NCBI GenBank assembly: GCA_030704615.1
Contig: CM060734.1
Coordinates: 35,898,001 to 35,962,000 of the forward strand
Source of the DNA: Takakia lepidozioides
Taxonomy: Eukaryota; Plantae; Bryophyta
Direction of reading: 5' to 3'
DNA length: 64,000 nucleotides
The notes below the pieces were generated by a model. It made no database searches and was not told where the DNA came from. It worked only from the letters and a program-made list of their open reading frames with translations. Of this stretch, positions 1 through 12,513 are shown in pieces. The stretch's first letter is position 1; each line of letters starts with the position of its first letter. The position numbers and the translations under genes are program-made.

Positions 1-868
1 TCAGAGGTGACCTTAGTGGAAGGTTTAGCGGCTTTCATAACGTCGCTAGATGCAGCAGCAGTCTGTGTACCTGCATAACACTTCCTCCCCTGTACTCTAA
101 TGGAAAACCTTCTAACAACGCCTAAATGCCGGATCGAATTTGGCGCAGGCGGACTCCGAACGCTGATGGCTTGAACAGCGACACAGTGAGAAGACGAATG
201 AAGACCAGAGAAAGCCGCATAAACTCTCGAAAACGCACAAGAATTGGGGCGGATGACAGCACGATGGAACCCGTTGCTAAACCCTACCAACTTCCCTTTC
301 AGGAAAGGCACAGCAATGGCTATGCCTGTCATTGAACTCTCGCCTTTCCCACCACGGCCTCTTCTGTGCAGATACCACGATAAATACAGCGACGACGCTA
401 TCACAAGGTACATTAAACAGACCCCCTCCCGTGCACCAGCAGAGCTCCCGCACACGAGACGCTCTGACATCGCCTTCGCACTCTGCAGCTCGCGATTGCC
501 CAGGAACACGACGACCATAACCACCTCACTTTTCGTTCGTCCCTTCCACTTCCACCCCCTCCGTCCAAAATATTTTTCTCGTTCGTTCACACCAAAAATC
601 TTCTTTAGGCCCCGGCGAATTTCCTTTTTTTGGCGAATTCTCGCCAAATGGCGACCTCAAAAAATAAAAAATAATATTCTGTCGCAAATTCCCTGTTTTT
701 TCATGGATGAAATCGCCAAATTTCTCCAAATAAAGATAAATTATGAATCAATTTGCCAAATATGGATGGATTAAAGTACGGATGAGGATGATTCTATCCT
801 AATTTGAATGGATGAACAGAATGTATGCCTATTTTTTTGCAAAACTCTGTAACCACTCGTGCTATTTT

Positions 869-1097
869 TATTTTTTATGTTTTTAATCTAAAAGGAAACC
901 TGGGAGCGACAGCCCACAATTCAGGTCCTTGAAAAAATTAACCCCCTTTCATTCATGGGCAATGAGACCTACAGGACGATCAACGCCCAGACATACTGTC
1001 ACGAACAATCCCACACACGGGGCAGGGAGCGGGTTTGAACCCCGAACCACCAGGGCGACACACTGTGCACAAACCAGCTGAGCTACCTGCCGATATG
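869..1097 (-). mobile_element. tRNA-derived SINE with 11-bp target-site duplication
   Basis: The minus strand reads GGCAGGTAGCTCAGCTGG (A box) ... GGGGTTCAAACCC (B box), then a body and an A-rich tail. The direct repeat cgtgctatttt flanks it at 858-868 and 1098-1108. Confidence 0.85.
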
Positions 1098-1839
1098 CGT
1101 GCTATTTTCCAAATTTCAAAAATAACGCTTAGGGTTGCTAGCCTGTTGCTATTTATCACATTTATTTATCTATTTATTTAATGTATATATATATATGGCG
1201 GGGTTGAATGGGAAAATGGGAGAGAGACTGCGAGGGTCTCGGGCCCGCGACGGTCTCGTGGGATTTGACGCTACGCAGCGCAGCGCTCGAGCGCGCTCAT
1301 AAATCCAGCGTCTCGCACTAGAACCCTAATACCTTGTAAGCTGATCGGCCCTTGGGATTGCTGCTCTCGCAAGCCCCATCCTCTATCCCTTCCCCATCCC
1401 GTCTCAGTGCTAAGGTAGCAGATCATCTCATCTGGATCGAGTCGGGTTGCTGTCTTGTGTTTCTCTTAGCTTGTGCTGTAAGTGATGACCTGTGTCCATC
1501 CTTCCTTCCTTATCCGCTCGCAACTTTCATGTTCATTTTCGTCGTGAAGGCTGTTGTGGTTGTATTGATTTGGCCGTGTTCATGTGGCTGAATCCTCTTG
1601 GTGGGGGTCTGGTTGCGAAACAGGTTGTGTATGAGAGAGAATTTTGAGGGACGGCAGGATATGGCCTTTGTCGTGAATCTTATACGGCTCCAGATATGAT
1701 GCATGCGTTTGATTCTGCATCAGTCTGCATGCCGTGTCGTGGTTTAAGAGATCCAGTTTGGGTATTCTCGGTGCTGTTCCAGGTGAGGAAGTGAAAGAGG
1801 GCTTGACACTCAAGAAACTGCAAGGGGATTGTCGCTGCG

Positions 1840-3947
1840 ATGTCTGCGGCAGTTTGTGGCAAGCGGTCTCTGTTTGACGATTTGCACGGTTCTCCCCCAA
1901 TAGCCAAGCGCCTGCGCTGCTCCCAGGGCAGCTCTCCCATCCGCTTTCCCAGTTCGACCTCACCGAGTACCAGAAGTGGCACTCCCTTTGAGGCCTGCCT
2001 GGAGGCGGGGTCACCCCGATCCCCCTCCCTCTTGTTGGACGAGTCCCCTTTCCTGCAACTCCGTTCTCTCTTTCCTGACATGGATGCACAGGTGTGTGTC
2101 CGTAACATCTTTCAGTGTTTCCGATCTTCAGACATAATCACCGCCGGATCATTGCCAGTGTTGTCTATTTCTCTTCCTCTCGCTTTATATGCTGGGGTAT
2201 TGAAGTTGCGGCGGGGCTTGGGAGTTTTGTCTCGCTGCAGCTAGTGGAGAGAGTGCTGGAGTCTTGCGGAAACAACCTGGATTCGGCCATCAAGAGTTTG
2301 AATGACTTGCGTCTCTCGTCCTCTGAGCGGACCTTACCTGCTGGTCCCCATACAGGCCAAGAGACTGTAGATACTTCTGCCGCGGGGGGCTCCCATCATG
2401 GTGTGTATGCAGTTCACCCTTGTTGTGGAATTGAGCGTGATGAAGAGAGCTGTAGGATCCTATAGAGACCAATTAAAGTACTTCCCGCGTAGGCGATTTG
2501 ATATCAATTGCTGACTCAAAGTCTCTGTTTTGTTTCAATGTGTAATCAGGGGTTTTGCAGCCGCCACCGAATTCTGATCAAGTTGGGGAGAATCGACAGC
2601 AGCAGCAACAACCAGACGCTGCTGCTGCCCCAGTGCAATTAGAGGGTATGGAATGGGTGGAGTTTTTGGTGAGGGAGATGATGAGTGCCACTGACATGGA
2701 TGATGCACGGGCACGGGTAACTCGCGCCCTGGAGGCATTTGAGAAGACGGTGTCCTCTCGAACTGGGGCCCTGGCAGAAGTTCTTCAGAAGGTGGGCTAC
2801 TTTCAGTGTACAATCAAATTCTTTCTCCTGATTTGACCAATTAGTTTTTCTGTAGCCATGATGCCATGGCAAGAAGATTCTTATGAATTTCGGCTTGGAA
2901 CTGTTGAACATATCACAGCTAGTTGTGGTTGTACATGTTTGTTTTTTTCCTGGTGTATTTTACTGACCTTGGAAAAAATGAATTCCAGGACAACTTGACC
3001 ATGAAAGAACAGCTCCAAGGGTTGCTGCGCGATAACCATATTCTCAAGAGGGCGGTAGTAAAACTCAATGAGCGCCAGCTGGAGCATGATGAGCGCTGCC
3101 GTGAGCTTCAACATACCAAGCAGCTTCTTGCTCAATACCAAGAACAGCTGCGGACTCTGGAGGTTATTTCTGTCACTAAACTGAAATTTAAACTCCATTT
3201 TCTGATATGAAGTCCGGGGTAAAGAGCGACCCTCTTCAGAATCATCAAGGACATAGGCCCTACACCTCTGTTCATCAACTTTCAAAATCTCGAGGCGGAA
3301 CAACCCTGGGGTCTAATTGCTGGGCAGCTCACACAGCAGATTGATGCTTGTGTGAAGGGGATTTCTAGAGAAATTTGGAAGGGCCAAACCTATTGTTCAT
3401 ACCAAGGTAGGTCTCAGATACTGGAGTGAGCCCCTCACAAGGTAGTGTCTGTTCCCTCTTGTTATGCCTAAAACTGGGCGGGGTGTCTATGGCCACAAGG
3501 CGGTGGCAAACAACCGCTCATGAGTACAATTTGTCTCCGTGGCACAACACCAGGTCAAGAACAGTCCAATGAACATGTTCTCGCTGATACGCAGTTGCAT
3601 ATGAGCGATTCTCCTGAATTTAAAATGGGGGACCTCCTTTTTGGTCCAGATCACACTTGTGTGCACACATTAAGTCGAAAATATATCATATAGATTCGAG
3701 AGATGAGGATTGCTTGAGGAATGAGGAATTCCAACACCACCCACTCTGCCAGGAAGAGGTTGTGGGTGTGGGGTTGTTTTTAGCTGAATTTAACATACAG
3801 AGTGTCCTGAGTCTGTTCCACCGTTAAGAAGTCTGATATTTTGGGTGGACCTTTTTGCAGCTGAACAACTATGCCCTCACCTTGCACCTTCGCAAAGCTC
3901 AAGAAGGGAGCTCCATGCCAGGGCGCTTCCATCCGGATGTGTTTTAG
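1840..3947 (+). CDS. Ubiquitin-binding CUE-domain protein, 5 coding exons (1840-2091, 2241-2400, 2550-2791, 2989-3162, 3861-3947)
   Basis: Plant CUE-family signature: MSAAVCGKRSLFDD...LRSLFPDMDAQ|LVERVLESCGNNLDSAIKSL...EWVEFLVREMMSATDMDDARAR...LNNYALTLHLRKAQ...PGRFHPDVF*. GT-AG introns have consistent phases. Confidence 0.9.
3194..3513 (+). repeat. Dispersed intronic repeat, copy 1 (last intron of CUE gene)
   Basis: Colinear similarity to 6418-6744, e.g. tgctgggcagctcacac, ttgttcataccaaggta, tactggagtgagcc, tagtgtctgttccctcttgtt. Confidence 0.85.
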
Positions 3948-5026
3948 GTAGCTGATTTGCTGCGGTCACTCATTTTGGCCGGCATGATGGAAATACTCTG
4001 GAGAGTGGAATAAACAGAAAAGCCCAACAATGGTCCTGCTCTCTCACAAGACAGTTACAGTGGCCGTGGGTTTCCAGGAAGTGTAGTCTGAGATCTCTTA
4101 GTTTACGAGCTCTGTCAAGGCTGTAGGGTGGCCACAGGGCTAGTGCTTGGGAGATGTCACTTGTCAACAAGCAGAGCCTCATTGCTTACTTTCTTGTGGA
4201 TTTGTATCATAGACTGTTATCGGCATTGGCTAGCATCGCCAATTATCACCTGTGTTTCACCATATTGCAGGGGGGGTTGTCTCTTTTTCAACCCAATAGG
4301 TCATTGCCGAGGAACTGTCTGATGAGATGCCCATACATACGTGATTGAGTTCTCTTTCTCCTCGTCCATGACCTCAAGCGTGTGTTATATAAAGCTTTTG
4401 ACACATGCTTCAATAGTGATTTTTGTGAGATTTCGAATAATGCCTGTAATATGAGCATGTCAGCAAGCTCTCTTGAGGCCCAGGCTTGTCATTCATAGTT
4501 GAACACTCCACATGCAATCATTCATGTATCGGGAGAGCAGCGAAACTCCTGCCCTTCAATCAATTTCCTGCAGAATTTATAACTCAATTTTCTCATGAAC
4601 ACTAGTGGAAGGTTGCTAACAAATTCATAATGCTCCCTTTTAGCCCATAACTTAAGCACATACGTTACATTGGGCTTCATTACCAATCCATCCCTTCAGC
4701 CAATTCATGTGACAGAGTATGATGGCATTGAGGTGATGAGACAGACAGGCCAAGTATGAGCCAATGACAAGCACAAGGGAGGGTGACATGGCAAGCGCAA
4801 GGGAGGGTGACATGGCAGTGAAAGGGAAAGGGAGAGTAGCGAGGGATAGATGGGAAATGCCACGGAGAGGGTGTAGGTGGATAGAGCAGCGTGGAGCGCT
4901 ATCCGTTGGAGCTAAGCTATGCCGCTGTCTCTTCCTGCTCGCACTCGTGCCTCGCCTGCTGCCTTGCGAGACAGGGCGTGCCTGTGATCCTGCAGCTGGC
5001 CTGGCCCAAGAGGCCGTAGCAGTTCA

Positions 5027-8000
5027 ATGACAAGCATAGGCACTGCCGCTCCCTTCTTGAAAGCTAGTTTGTTAGGTCATACCAGCGTACCCTGCTTGCA
5101 TACAACTGCTGCTGGTGTCGCTGTTGGATTATTAGATGCTGAAAAACTCCCGCTAGTATCCGTAAAGAGAAGGTTCAATGCGTGTAGAGACAGCGCTGCC
5201 GAATGTAGTGAGGTTGCCAGAATGAGTAAAGGGAGCGGGGCTTGTGTGAGTGCTGGGGCCGGAGCTTGCACGAGTTATAAATTTGTGAATAATCGTGAGA
5301 ATTGGAGACTACAAGGTGAAAGGCAATGGTGCATAGGGTTAGATGGTGGCGTGAAGGGGGGGGGTAGGCTTGCTTGGAAGGAAGGGAGCTTCAGGGGCGG
5401 CGATTTGAGCGGCCGATGGAAGGAATTGGCGGCGAGACACAGTAGAAGGTATGAAGTCAGAACTCCCCGTGCAAGTGGTGATGGAAATGGCGAGAAGGGT
5501 AGTGGAAAGACTACCACGACTGCTACGGAGGAACCAGAGAAGGACCCCAAGCCAACTCCATCATCCCCTTCGTCTCCCTCGTCCCCAGCACCGGTATGTT
5601 GAGTTCCCATTGTCAGAGATGAGTACAATTTCATCAGGGGATAGTGCAGTGTGGAATGACCTCTGTCTTCCAATGCTCATATGGGCATATCCTTGATAAC
5701 AGAGAGTTCTTTAATTGGGATATTTTCTAGCAGGCCGTTTAGTTGTGCAAGGCACAAAATCTGCTGAAGGACTATGTCCTCCACTCCCTGCATTGGCACT
5801 CATAACCTTGCTCCTCCTCTCGTCATTTTATGCCACACATTTTCAATCACTGACGTGCACACAGTAGTGCATTTCTTTGCAATGGAGAGCACTGTGTGAA
5901 CACAATGTATCCCCTGGTTGATGTTTATTCTACAATGCTCCTTAGTTAGAGTGGGTTAGTAGAGTGGGTGTGAGGTTCCAAGTCTCTGACCACCAACCTT
6001 CATTAAATTTTATGTCTCTTGGGACTGGCTATCTTGGCTAAGCTCATGTATCACTACTTGCCACCGCAATTGCAGTGTCTTTTGGCTCGCCCATGGCAAT
6101 TTCGGGCTACATTTCGAAACCCTAGGAAAGTGAAACCCCTCTTTGAGCTTCCAGTGGGCAGACTATGGTCTTAGTAGGATGTCGTTGCCAAAATGTGCTA
6201 GGAATGGGCACTGAGTATATTCTCTCGTGGTGCCCGAGGCTACTACACCAGATTCCCGTCAGAACTGTACCTTTGGACCGGATGGTACTGGGATGGGAGA
6301 CCTCCCGGGACGTCCCTGTGCTGCACCCTAAAAGAAAATAACTCGGGGAAGGGATTCAGATGCAGAGAGGAAAGGGGAGATTGTCAAATGCCCAATGGGA
6401 AGGCGGCGTGAAGACAATCCATTTTCTGATACAATGTCTTGGGTATTCTCAGCAGAGAGTGACCCTCCTCAGGATCATCAAGAACATGGTCCCTGCACCT
6501 CTGTTCACCACCTTTCAAAAGCTCTAGGCTGAGCAGCCCTGGATTTTGTGGGGTCTAACTGCTGGGCAGCTCACACACATCAGATTGGTGCTTGTGTGAC
6601 AGATTTCTAGGGAAATCTGGAAAGGCCAAACCAATTGTTCATACCAAGGTAAGTCCTACATACTGGAGTGAGCCTAGTGTCTGTTCCCTCTTGTTTCGCC
6701 CATACTGGGCGCGGGGTCTATGGCTACATGGCCATGTCAAACAATGTTGCATAAGTACATTCTCTCTCTCTCTCTCTCTCCCTCCATTGCATCTTCTCAC
6801 CCAGCACATCTGACAAGCACCCACCACATTTTGAAACCTACGTGTCCACATGTGCAAGTTTGTGCTTCTACCTCATCTTCTAAAACTCCTCCATCAACTG
6901 CATGGAGCATTACTCAGATGGTCCACAATTGAAGGGGCTATTTGAACAGGATTTACTCTTACCTCTTACAGGGTTATGGAGAGACAGATGGGCACAGCCG
7001 CTTTCGGCAGCCAGTGATAGTGGTTCATGGCCCATTGTGGCCGTTAGGGTTGAAGCTTGAATTCAGCAAATGGAGTGTTGAGATGATTTCTCTGAACAGA
7101 TGTTCAAAGGATTGCAAAGGATTTCAAGTTCATCACAAATTGCAGAAGCAAATTCACAACTCTCAATTGGATTTTTACCTCTATGGTAGTATACAACTAC
7201 CACTATTTAGCATTTACACCCCTCAGAAACATCATTCAAATGATGTTGTGTTTGTGGCGATCAGATGATGGTAAAGCCAACTCAATCTGGCTAGTGCCAA
7301 TCTCGCGTTTCAATGCTGAAATGTATTCCTCCTACTCCTTCATCCATTTTAGCATCATCTTGCTTATCCTCTGCCGGTCCTCTTTTCTCCTGTGTACGTA
7401 GCAAGCCCAAAAATAGATTGCAGAGACCAGTGTGGTACTACTGACCTTGTTTTAGCAGTGATGGTGGTAGTGACTTTTCTGGCCCAGAAGCTTACATGGT
7501 TGTGCCTTAGATGGGGACCTCAAGGCAAAGAATGGTCTACTTTGCTTTGTGTCTCTTTTTGTGTTCTTGGTCAGCTGTAAACAAATGTTGCCTTCAACAC
7601 AAAGTTGTGCACCATCCTCAGCATTTTGTTGGATCTGCAAAGAGTGTGTGTGCTTCAGGACTTTATTGGTACAGTGATGCCTTTCTAAGAAGGGGTCGTC
7701 GTGCAGGCGGAAAATGCACACCAGTCAATCCCTGTCAATGTGCAACTTGATGCATTCCGTCTTATGGAATTGATCGGTCCCGAGAAAGTTGACCCCGAGG
7801 ATGTCAAAGTTCTGAAGGAGAAACTATTTGGATATACAACATTTTGGGTCACTGGTCAAGAGCCATTTGGCGACCTAGGAGAGGGCGTGCTTCTTCTTGG
7901 AAATCTAAGGGGGAAGAGAGAGGAAGTCTTTGCCAAACTACAGCGGGGTCTACAAGATTTGCTGGGACGGAAATATAACATGTTCATGGTGGAGGAACCA

Positions 8001-10819
8001 AATGCGGAAGAAGAGGATCCCAGAGGTGGCCCTAGGGTTAGCTTTGTGTTGTTGAGAAAGGAGGTGTCAGATCCTGGCCCAACCACGTTGTGGCAGTACG
8101 TGATTGCTGCTGTTCTCTGCGTCCTTACTGCAGGCTCATGCCTTGAACTTGGGATTGCCACCCAGGCAAGTCGCATTCCTCAACCCCTAGTTTGTGTGTG
8201 TCAAGTCTGACATGGATATGATCCATATTTTGATCGGTCATTCCATTTGTGCAGCTATCAAGGCTACCACCAGATGTGGTCCGCTATTTTACAAATCCAG
8301 AATCTATGGACCCCCCTGATTTGCAAGTACTGGTCCCTTTTATCGACTCAGCACTGCCCCTTGCCTATGGTGTCTTTGGCGTTCAGCTATTTCATGTATG
8401 TATTCTGCTTCTTTCTCTCTTCAGCTCCTTTGTTCTTTTTTTTCAGCGGCTCACTTCAGTGTGTGCATGTTTACCTGCATGTCTTATCCCCTTCTCTGTT
8501 AGTTTGGTAGTTTCTCTTTTGAGCAAGCCTTGAGAAATCGCAGCCCCCGCATTCTGTGCATTTGTGTATACTCGTGGAATTCAGGCTTGTTAGTCACTCT
8601 GTCCAACTGTTGGTTAGACTGACACCAAGTCCCAAGCTGGTACCAGGTGGTGTAAGTTCTGTACATATGTGGACGTGGTGAGACATACCTATGCTTTGGT
8701 GGAGGTTTGCAGGAGGTGGGACATTGGCTGGCAGCAGCCCCCAGGAAAGTGAAGATTGGCATTCCTTACCTCATTCCCAATATCACACTTGGCAGCTTTG
8801 GTGCTGTCACCCAGGTGAGACTTCTTTCCATATGTTCAGAACCCAACCCTCCTGGATCTCTCTCTACACCTCTTGGTGGTCACAAGCCTGTAGGAGGCAT
8901 GGAGAGCAAAGCAATATCCTCTTGTGTAATCTGAGTACTAAGCTGATGAATTGTGTAAACAATGCTATGTCTGCAGTTCAAATCCATCTGCCCAGACCGC
9001 ACAGCCAAATTTGACATATCAGTGGCAGGTCCCCTCGCGGGAGCAGTTCTGTCTTTCTCCATGCTTGCTGTGGGTCTATGGCTCTCTGTGAGCCCGGAGG
9101 CAGGTGACGAGCTTGTGAAAGTGCCTAGCCTCTTGTTCCAAGGGTCACTCCTTTTGGGCCTTACCAGCCGAGCGGTCCTTGGTTACAAGTATGCCGCGCT
9201 CCTCTCTCTGCATTCTTCTAGGGGTTCAATGCTAGCAGGAATTATTGTGTCAAAACTAGAGAAATAGGGTGTATATCTCTCTTTTTTTTAAAATTCTCTG
9301 TTCTGTTGGGCTCTTGCAGTGCAATGCATGCGGCAACTGTGGCAATCCATCCCCTGGTGGTCGCTGGGTGGTGAGCAATCACAACTAAGAAAAAAGCTGG
9401 TTTAAATCATATTATTGAACACCCTTTTGTTTTGCTGCTGTTTGTCCCCGTTTTATGCTGCTCTGCAAGTAAAATTTCTCTTCTTGCGTGCTTCTTGTAA
9501 ATGGTTGGGTTGGGGGTTGATTCTTTTCTACTGGTCAATGAAGTAAATGATAGTGCAACAAATATTGAAAACTTTCTACGCAATGCACTCTGCTTTGTTG
9601 CTGGGGTCTGAGCATGTAGCAAGGCTTCTGAGCCTTTTGCAATGCTGAAACATTGACCATGTTTCAAGTGTGTTCTTCTCTGAAGCGGTATGTTGATGGA
9701 AGTGCAGGTGTGGATTGACCACGACAGCTTTCAATCTTATGCCAGTGGGTTGCCTTGACGGTGGTCGTGCCATGCAGGTTTTTTTAGCCCATCCTTCTAC
9801 TCTTTGTAAATTTTTGACTGGGAAGTAGGGAAGGAGGCAGACCAATCTGGTTCAAGATGCAAAACACTCTTACACATTTCCGAATTTGTCGTTCAATGAA
9901 GTTCATGTGGTCCACTTAGATCAGGAGTTGAAAGTGGTTGGAAGTTTTCGACTGGAAGTAGGAAGGAGGCAGACCAATCTCATTCAAGAATGCAAGACAC
10001 CATATGCATTCATGAATGTGTCATTCAATGAAGTTGTCTGGTTAGATCGTTACCACTATCTTTCTCCACGACTTAGATGGAGGGATGCAGTTGTCAAGTA
10101 TTGTCATGACTCCTGCTGGACAGAAAATAAGAGAGATATTCTTGTGTGAGCTTCCTCTTCTCCAAGGTGTTTAAATGCATGCTCATGTGTGTAACAGGCG
10201 GCATTTGGGAAGACTGTACTGAACATCTCAGGCCTGTTGACATACTTGCTTCTTGGAATCGGCGCGGTACCTATCCTACCCACCATTCCTGCTCTGTATA
10301 CAAGGCTATAGTGAGCATGGTCCAAATGTCTCCACTCTCTTTCATCTTCCCACCTGTCTTCAGAACACTCAAATAAACAAGTTCAATACTAGTTAACTGC
10401 TTTCTGCAATGTGTGCAGCTTGGTGGCCCTCTTTCTTTGCCGTGGGGACTATACATCCTCATTGTTCAGGTGCGCATTGCCCCTGTTACAGAGGTCGTTG
10501 AATATTGACAGATGTGTTTGACATTGCACTAGAAATCATAATGGGTATCAGTGCTGTTTTTCAGCCTCTAGTTGACACTCCTGCCAGATGAAGAAAGAGT
10601 TCTGTGAATGGAAGAAGGGTGGACTACATTATGTAACATACTTTCTAACATGTGCAGCGAGCGCCAGAGAAGCCTGCTTTGAATGATGTGGCAGAAGTTG
10701 GTTCGTTGAGGAAAGCTGGCCTTTCAATAGCTCTTGTATTTGTACTGGCTATGTTACTACCTCTCTGGGACGGCCTGGCTGAGGAGCTTGGAATTGGCCT
10801 TGGTACACCTCTTTTTTGA
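5027..10819 (+). CDS. EGY1: Chloroplast M50 (S2P-like) zinc metalloprotease, EGY1-like. Exons about 5027-5593, 7707-8165, 8255-8395, 8713-8814, 8977-9188, 9320-9370, 9708-9777, 10198-10266, 10419-10469, 10658-10819; an extra small exon in 5594-7706 is possible
   Basis: LMELIGPEKVDPEDVK...LFGYTTFWVT, H|EVGH zinc motif, IPNITLGSFGA, NLMPVGCLDGGRA and C-terminal LAEELGIGLGTPLF*. N-terminus resembles a transit peptide. Confidence 0.9.
6229..6329 (+). pseudogene. 5S rRNA pseudogene (internal deletion) in EGY1 intron
   Basis: aggctactacaccagattcccgtcagaact...ctttggaccggatggtactgggatgggagacctcccgggacgtccctgtgctgcaccc aligns by eye to bryophyte-type 5S rRNA. The A-box region (gcagttaagcg) is missing and an A-rich tract follows. 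Confidence 0.85.
6418..6744 (+). repeat. Dispersed intronic repeat, copy 2 (EGY1 intron)
   Basis: Colinear similarity to 3194-3513. Confidence 0.85.
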
Positions 10820-11070
10820 AACTTTAATCATCATCTAAGTCTTTTAATTTCAATTCATATGTTAAAAGAATCAGGTAGTTATGCTTCCAATGATCATGTT
10901 GGCTTTAGATTACATTCTTTACAAAAAATTCCCTTGATGTTTTCTATTTAAAATACCAGTGAGTTTAGGCATCAATTTCGGGAATAAAGATGGGGCCAGC
11001 TGCCAGATCTGCATAGACATCACGTCCATGTGTTAACTTTCAATGTTTGTAAACCCATTCTGCAAAACAC

Positions 11071-11202
11071 TTGAAGACCCTGTCCTTAAGAAATGACCAG
11101 ATTCTTCTTGAACATGGTTTAGAGAACAAAGACATGTTTTGAAGACCCTGTCCTTAAGAAATGACCAGTTTCTTCTTGAACATGGTTTAGAGAACAAAGA
11201 CA
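11071..11202. repeat. Tandem duplication, ~68-bp period, 2 copies
   Basis: ttgaagaccctgtccttaagaaatgaccag(a/t)ttcttcttgaacatggtttagagaacaaagaca occurs at 11071 and 11139. Confidence 0.9.
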
Positions 11203-12513
11203 GTTAGAGATTTGGAGTGCTAAAATGACCTCTGGTCAACATTGTGCTATACTACGATTTTTGGGCACAAAGTCACCTCCAAGTCTGGCATTGAAGCACA
11301 GTAAAAGCACAGTTGACAATCCGAGACTCAACTTGTATCCGTGGTACAACTCAAAGGCACACAGTACTTAATGCTGGAGCAACCTCTTCTGATACAGCCC
11401 CATGCCTGCATGCTTAGGTGGAAAGTGGAAAGTATGCTGCTATAGGAGTATGCCAGCAAAAGATTCTTCCCATATATGGAAAGATGCTGATGCACAGTCC
11501 AATAGCAATGCTAACAAAACATGCAAAATTGAAGAGGGAAGGCGTAGTAGTGAGCAGACACAATCTCTTCTCCTACAATGAGAGGGGCTTTCTTATCAGC
11601 AACGTGCCACTCGCACAGAGAGAACACTCCAGCCGAACCGGGCAATAAGGCCCACATCCTTCAGCAGATACTACCCGGGCTGTCCACTCGATTCCTTGCC
11701 ATTTATAAAGCGACTTTTCTGTAGCAGCAGTCCAGAACCAAATAGAGTTTGAGCTTGATGAGTCTCAGGGTGCGCTCTTGCATAATTAATCAGTCTTGGA
11801 TTTTCCTCATGCTCTGCAAATCACCATGACTTCATATCCAATGAACGACGCTGCTGCACCACTCTGGTGAACACATGTCACAAAGCTTTTGGAATCTCCG
11901 ATGTCAAAAACTTCTTAAAAGTCAATATCCACCAGTCAATCTAGATCCCACAATTTGACCTTCAACGAAGTTCCACTATTTGCTGATGGAAAGAACCTCA
12001 TGCTCCTGCTTTTTGCATAAATGTCAACAACGTATTCTCCAAAGGATACCACACATAATTCCAATTCCAATTCCAATTCCAGCTCTGTCACTACAATGAA
12101 GGGGAGACATCTCAAGTTCATGTCGCCTTTCACTGGTCAAATCTTTCCATTGTACACCAATCACCACACACGTTTGCACAGTCAACACCATCTCCTACAG
12201 TGAGTCTTCCTAAATCAAGACTAATATCCTTGAATGTACAGTGGCAGCAGTATTGCAGTACTGGATGATATGCTTGTCCATGGTAGACTGCCAAGTTTTC
12301 AATTGAACACAATGCAAAAGATAATGACCCAACAGACAGCTGTCTTTGTGGCATCAAATGACAAGGGAGAACGAAACTCTTTTGAGACACAAGCCATGGG
12401 AGAAGATATTACCACACACAATTTGATAATCTTTGATCTTGGGCTTGAAAGCTTTTCTTGTTGTCTGTTTTTCACTATTGTCAGTCCACAGCTTCGTCCC
12501 AGCCAGAATATCT

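Noticed and set aside
126-774. Short ORFs at the window start
   Set aside because: No recognisable homology; they overlap a ggcgaa/tcgcc-rich repeat-like region.
1020-1092. Possible tRNA gene on the minus strand
   Set aside because: It is the head of a SINE (body, tail and TSD present), and no convincing anticodon arm was seen.
5687-5696. ATATCCTT U12-like donor in EGY1 intron (also at ~12224)
   Set aside because: Not at an exon boundary, and no matching branch point or acceptor was identified.
11800-12080. Possible PPR relic on minus strand (VVDIYAKSRSM)
   Set aside because: Too short and degenerate to support without an HMM search.
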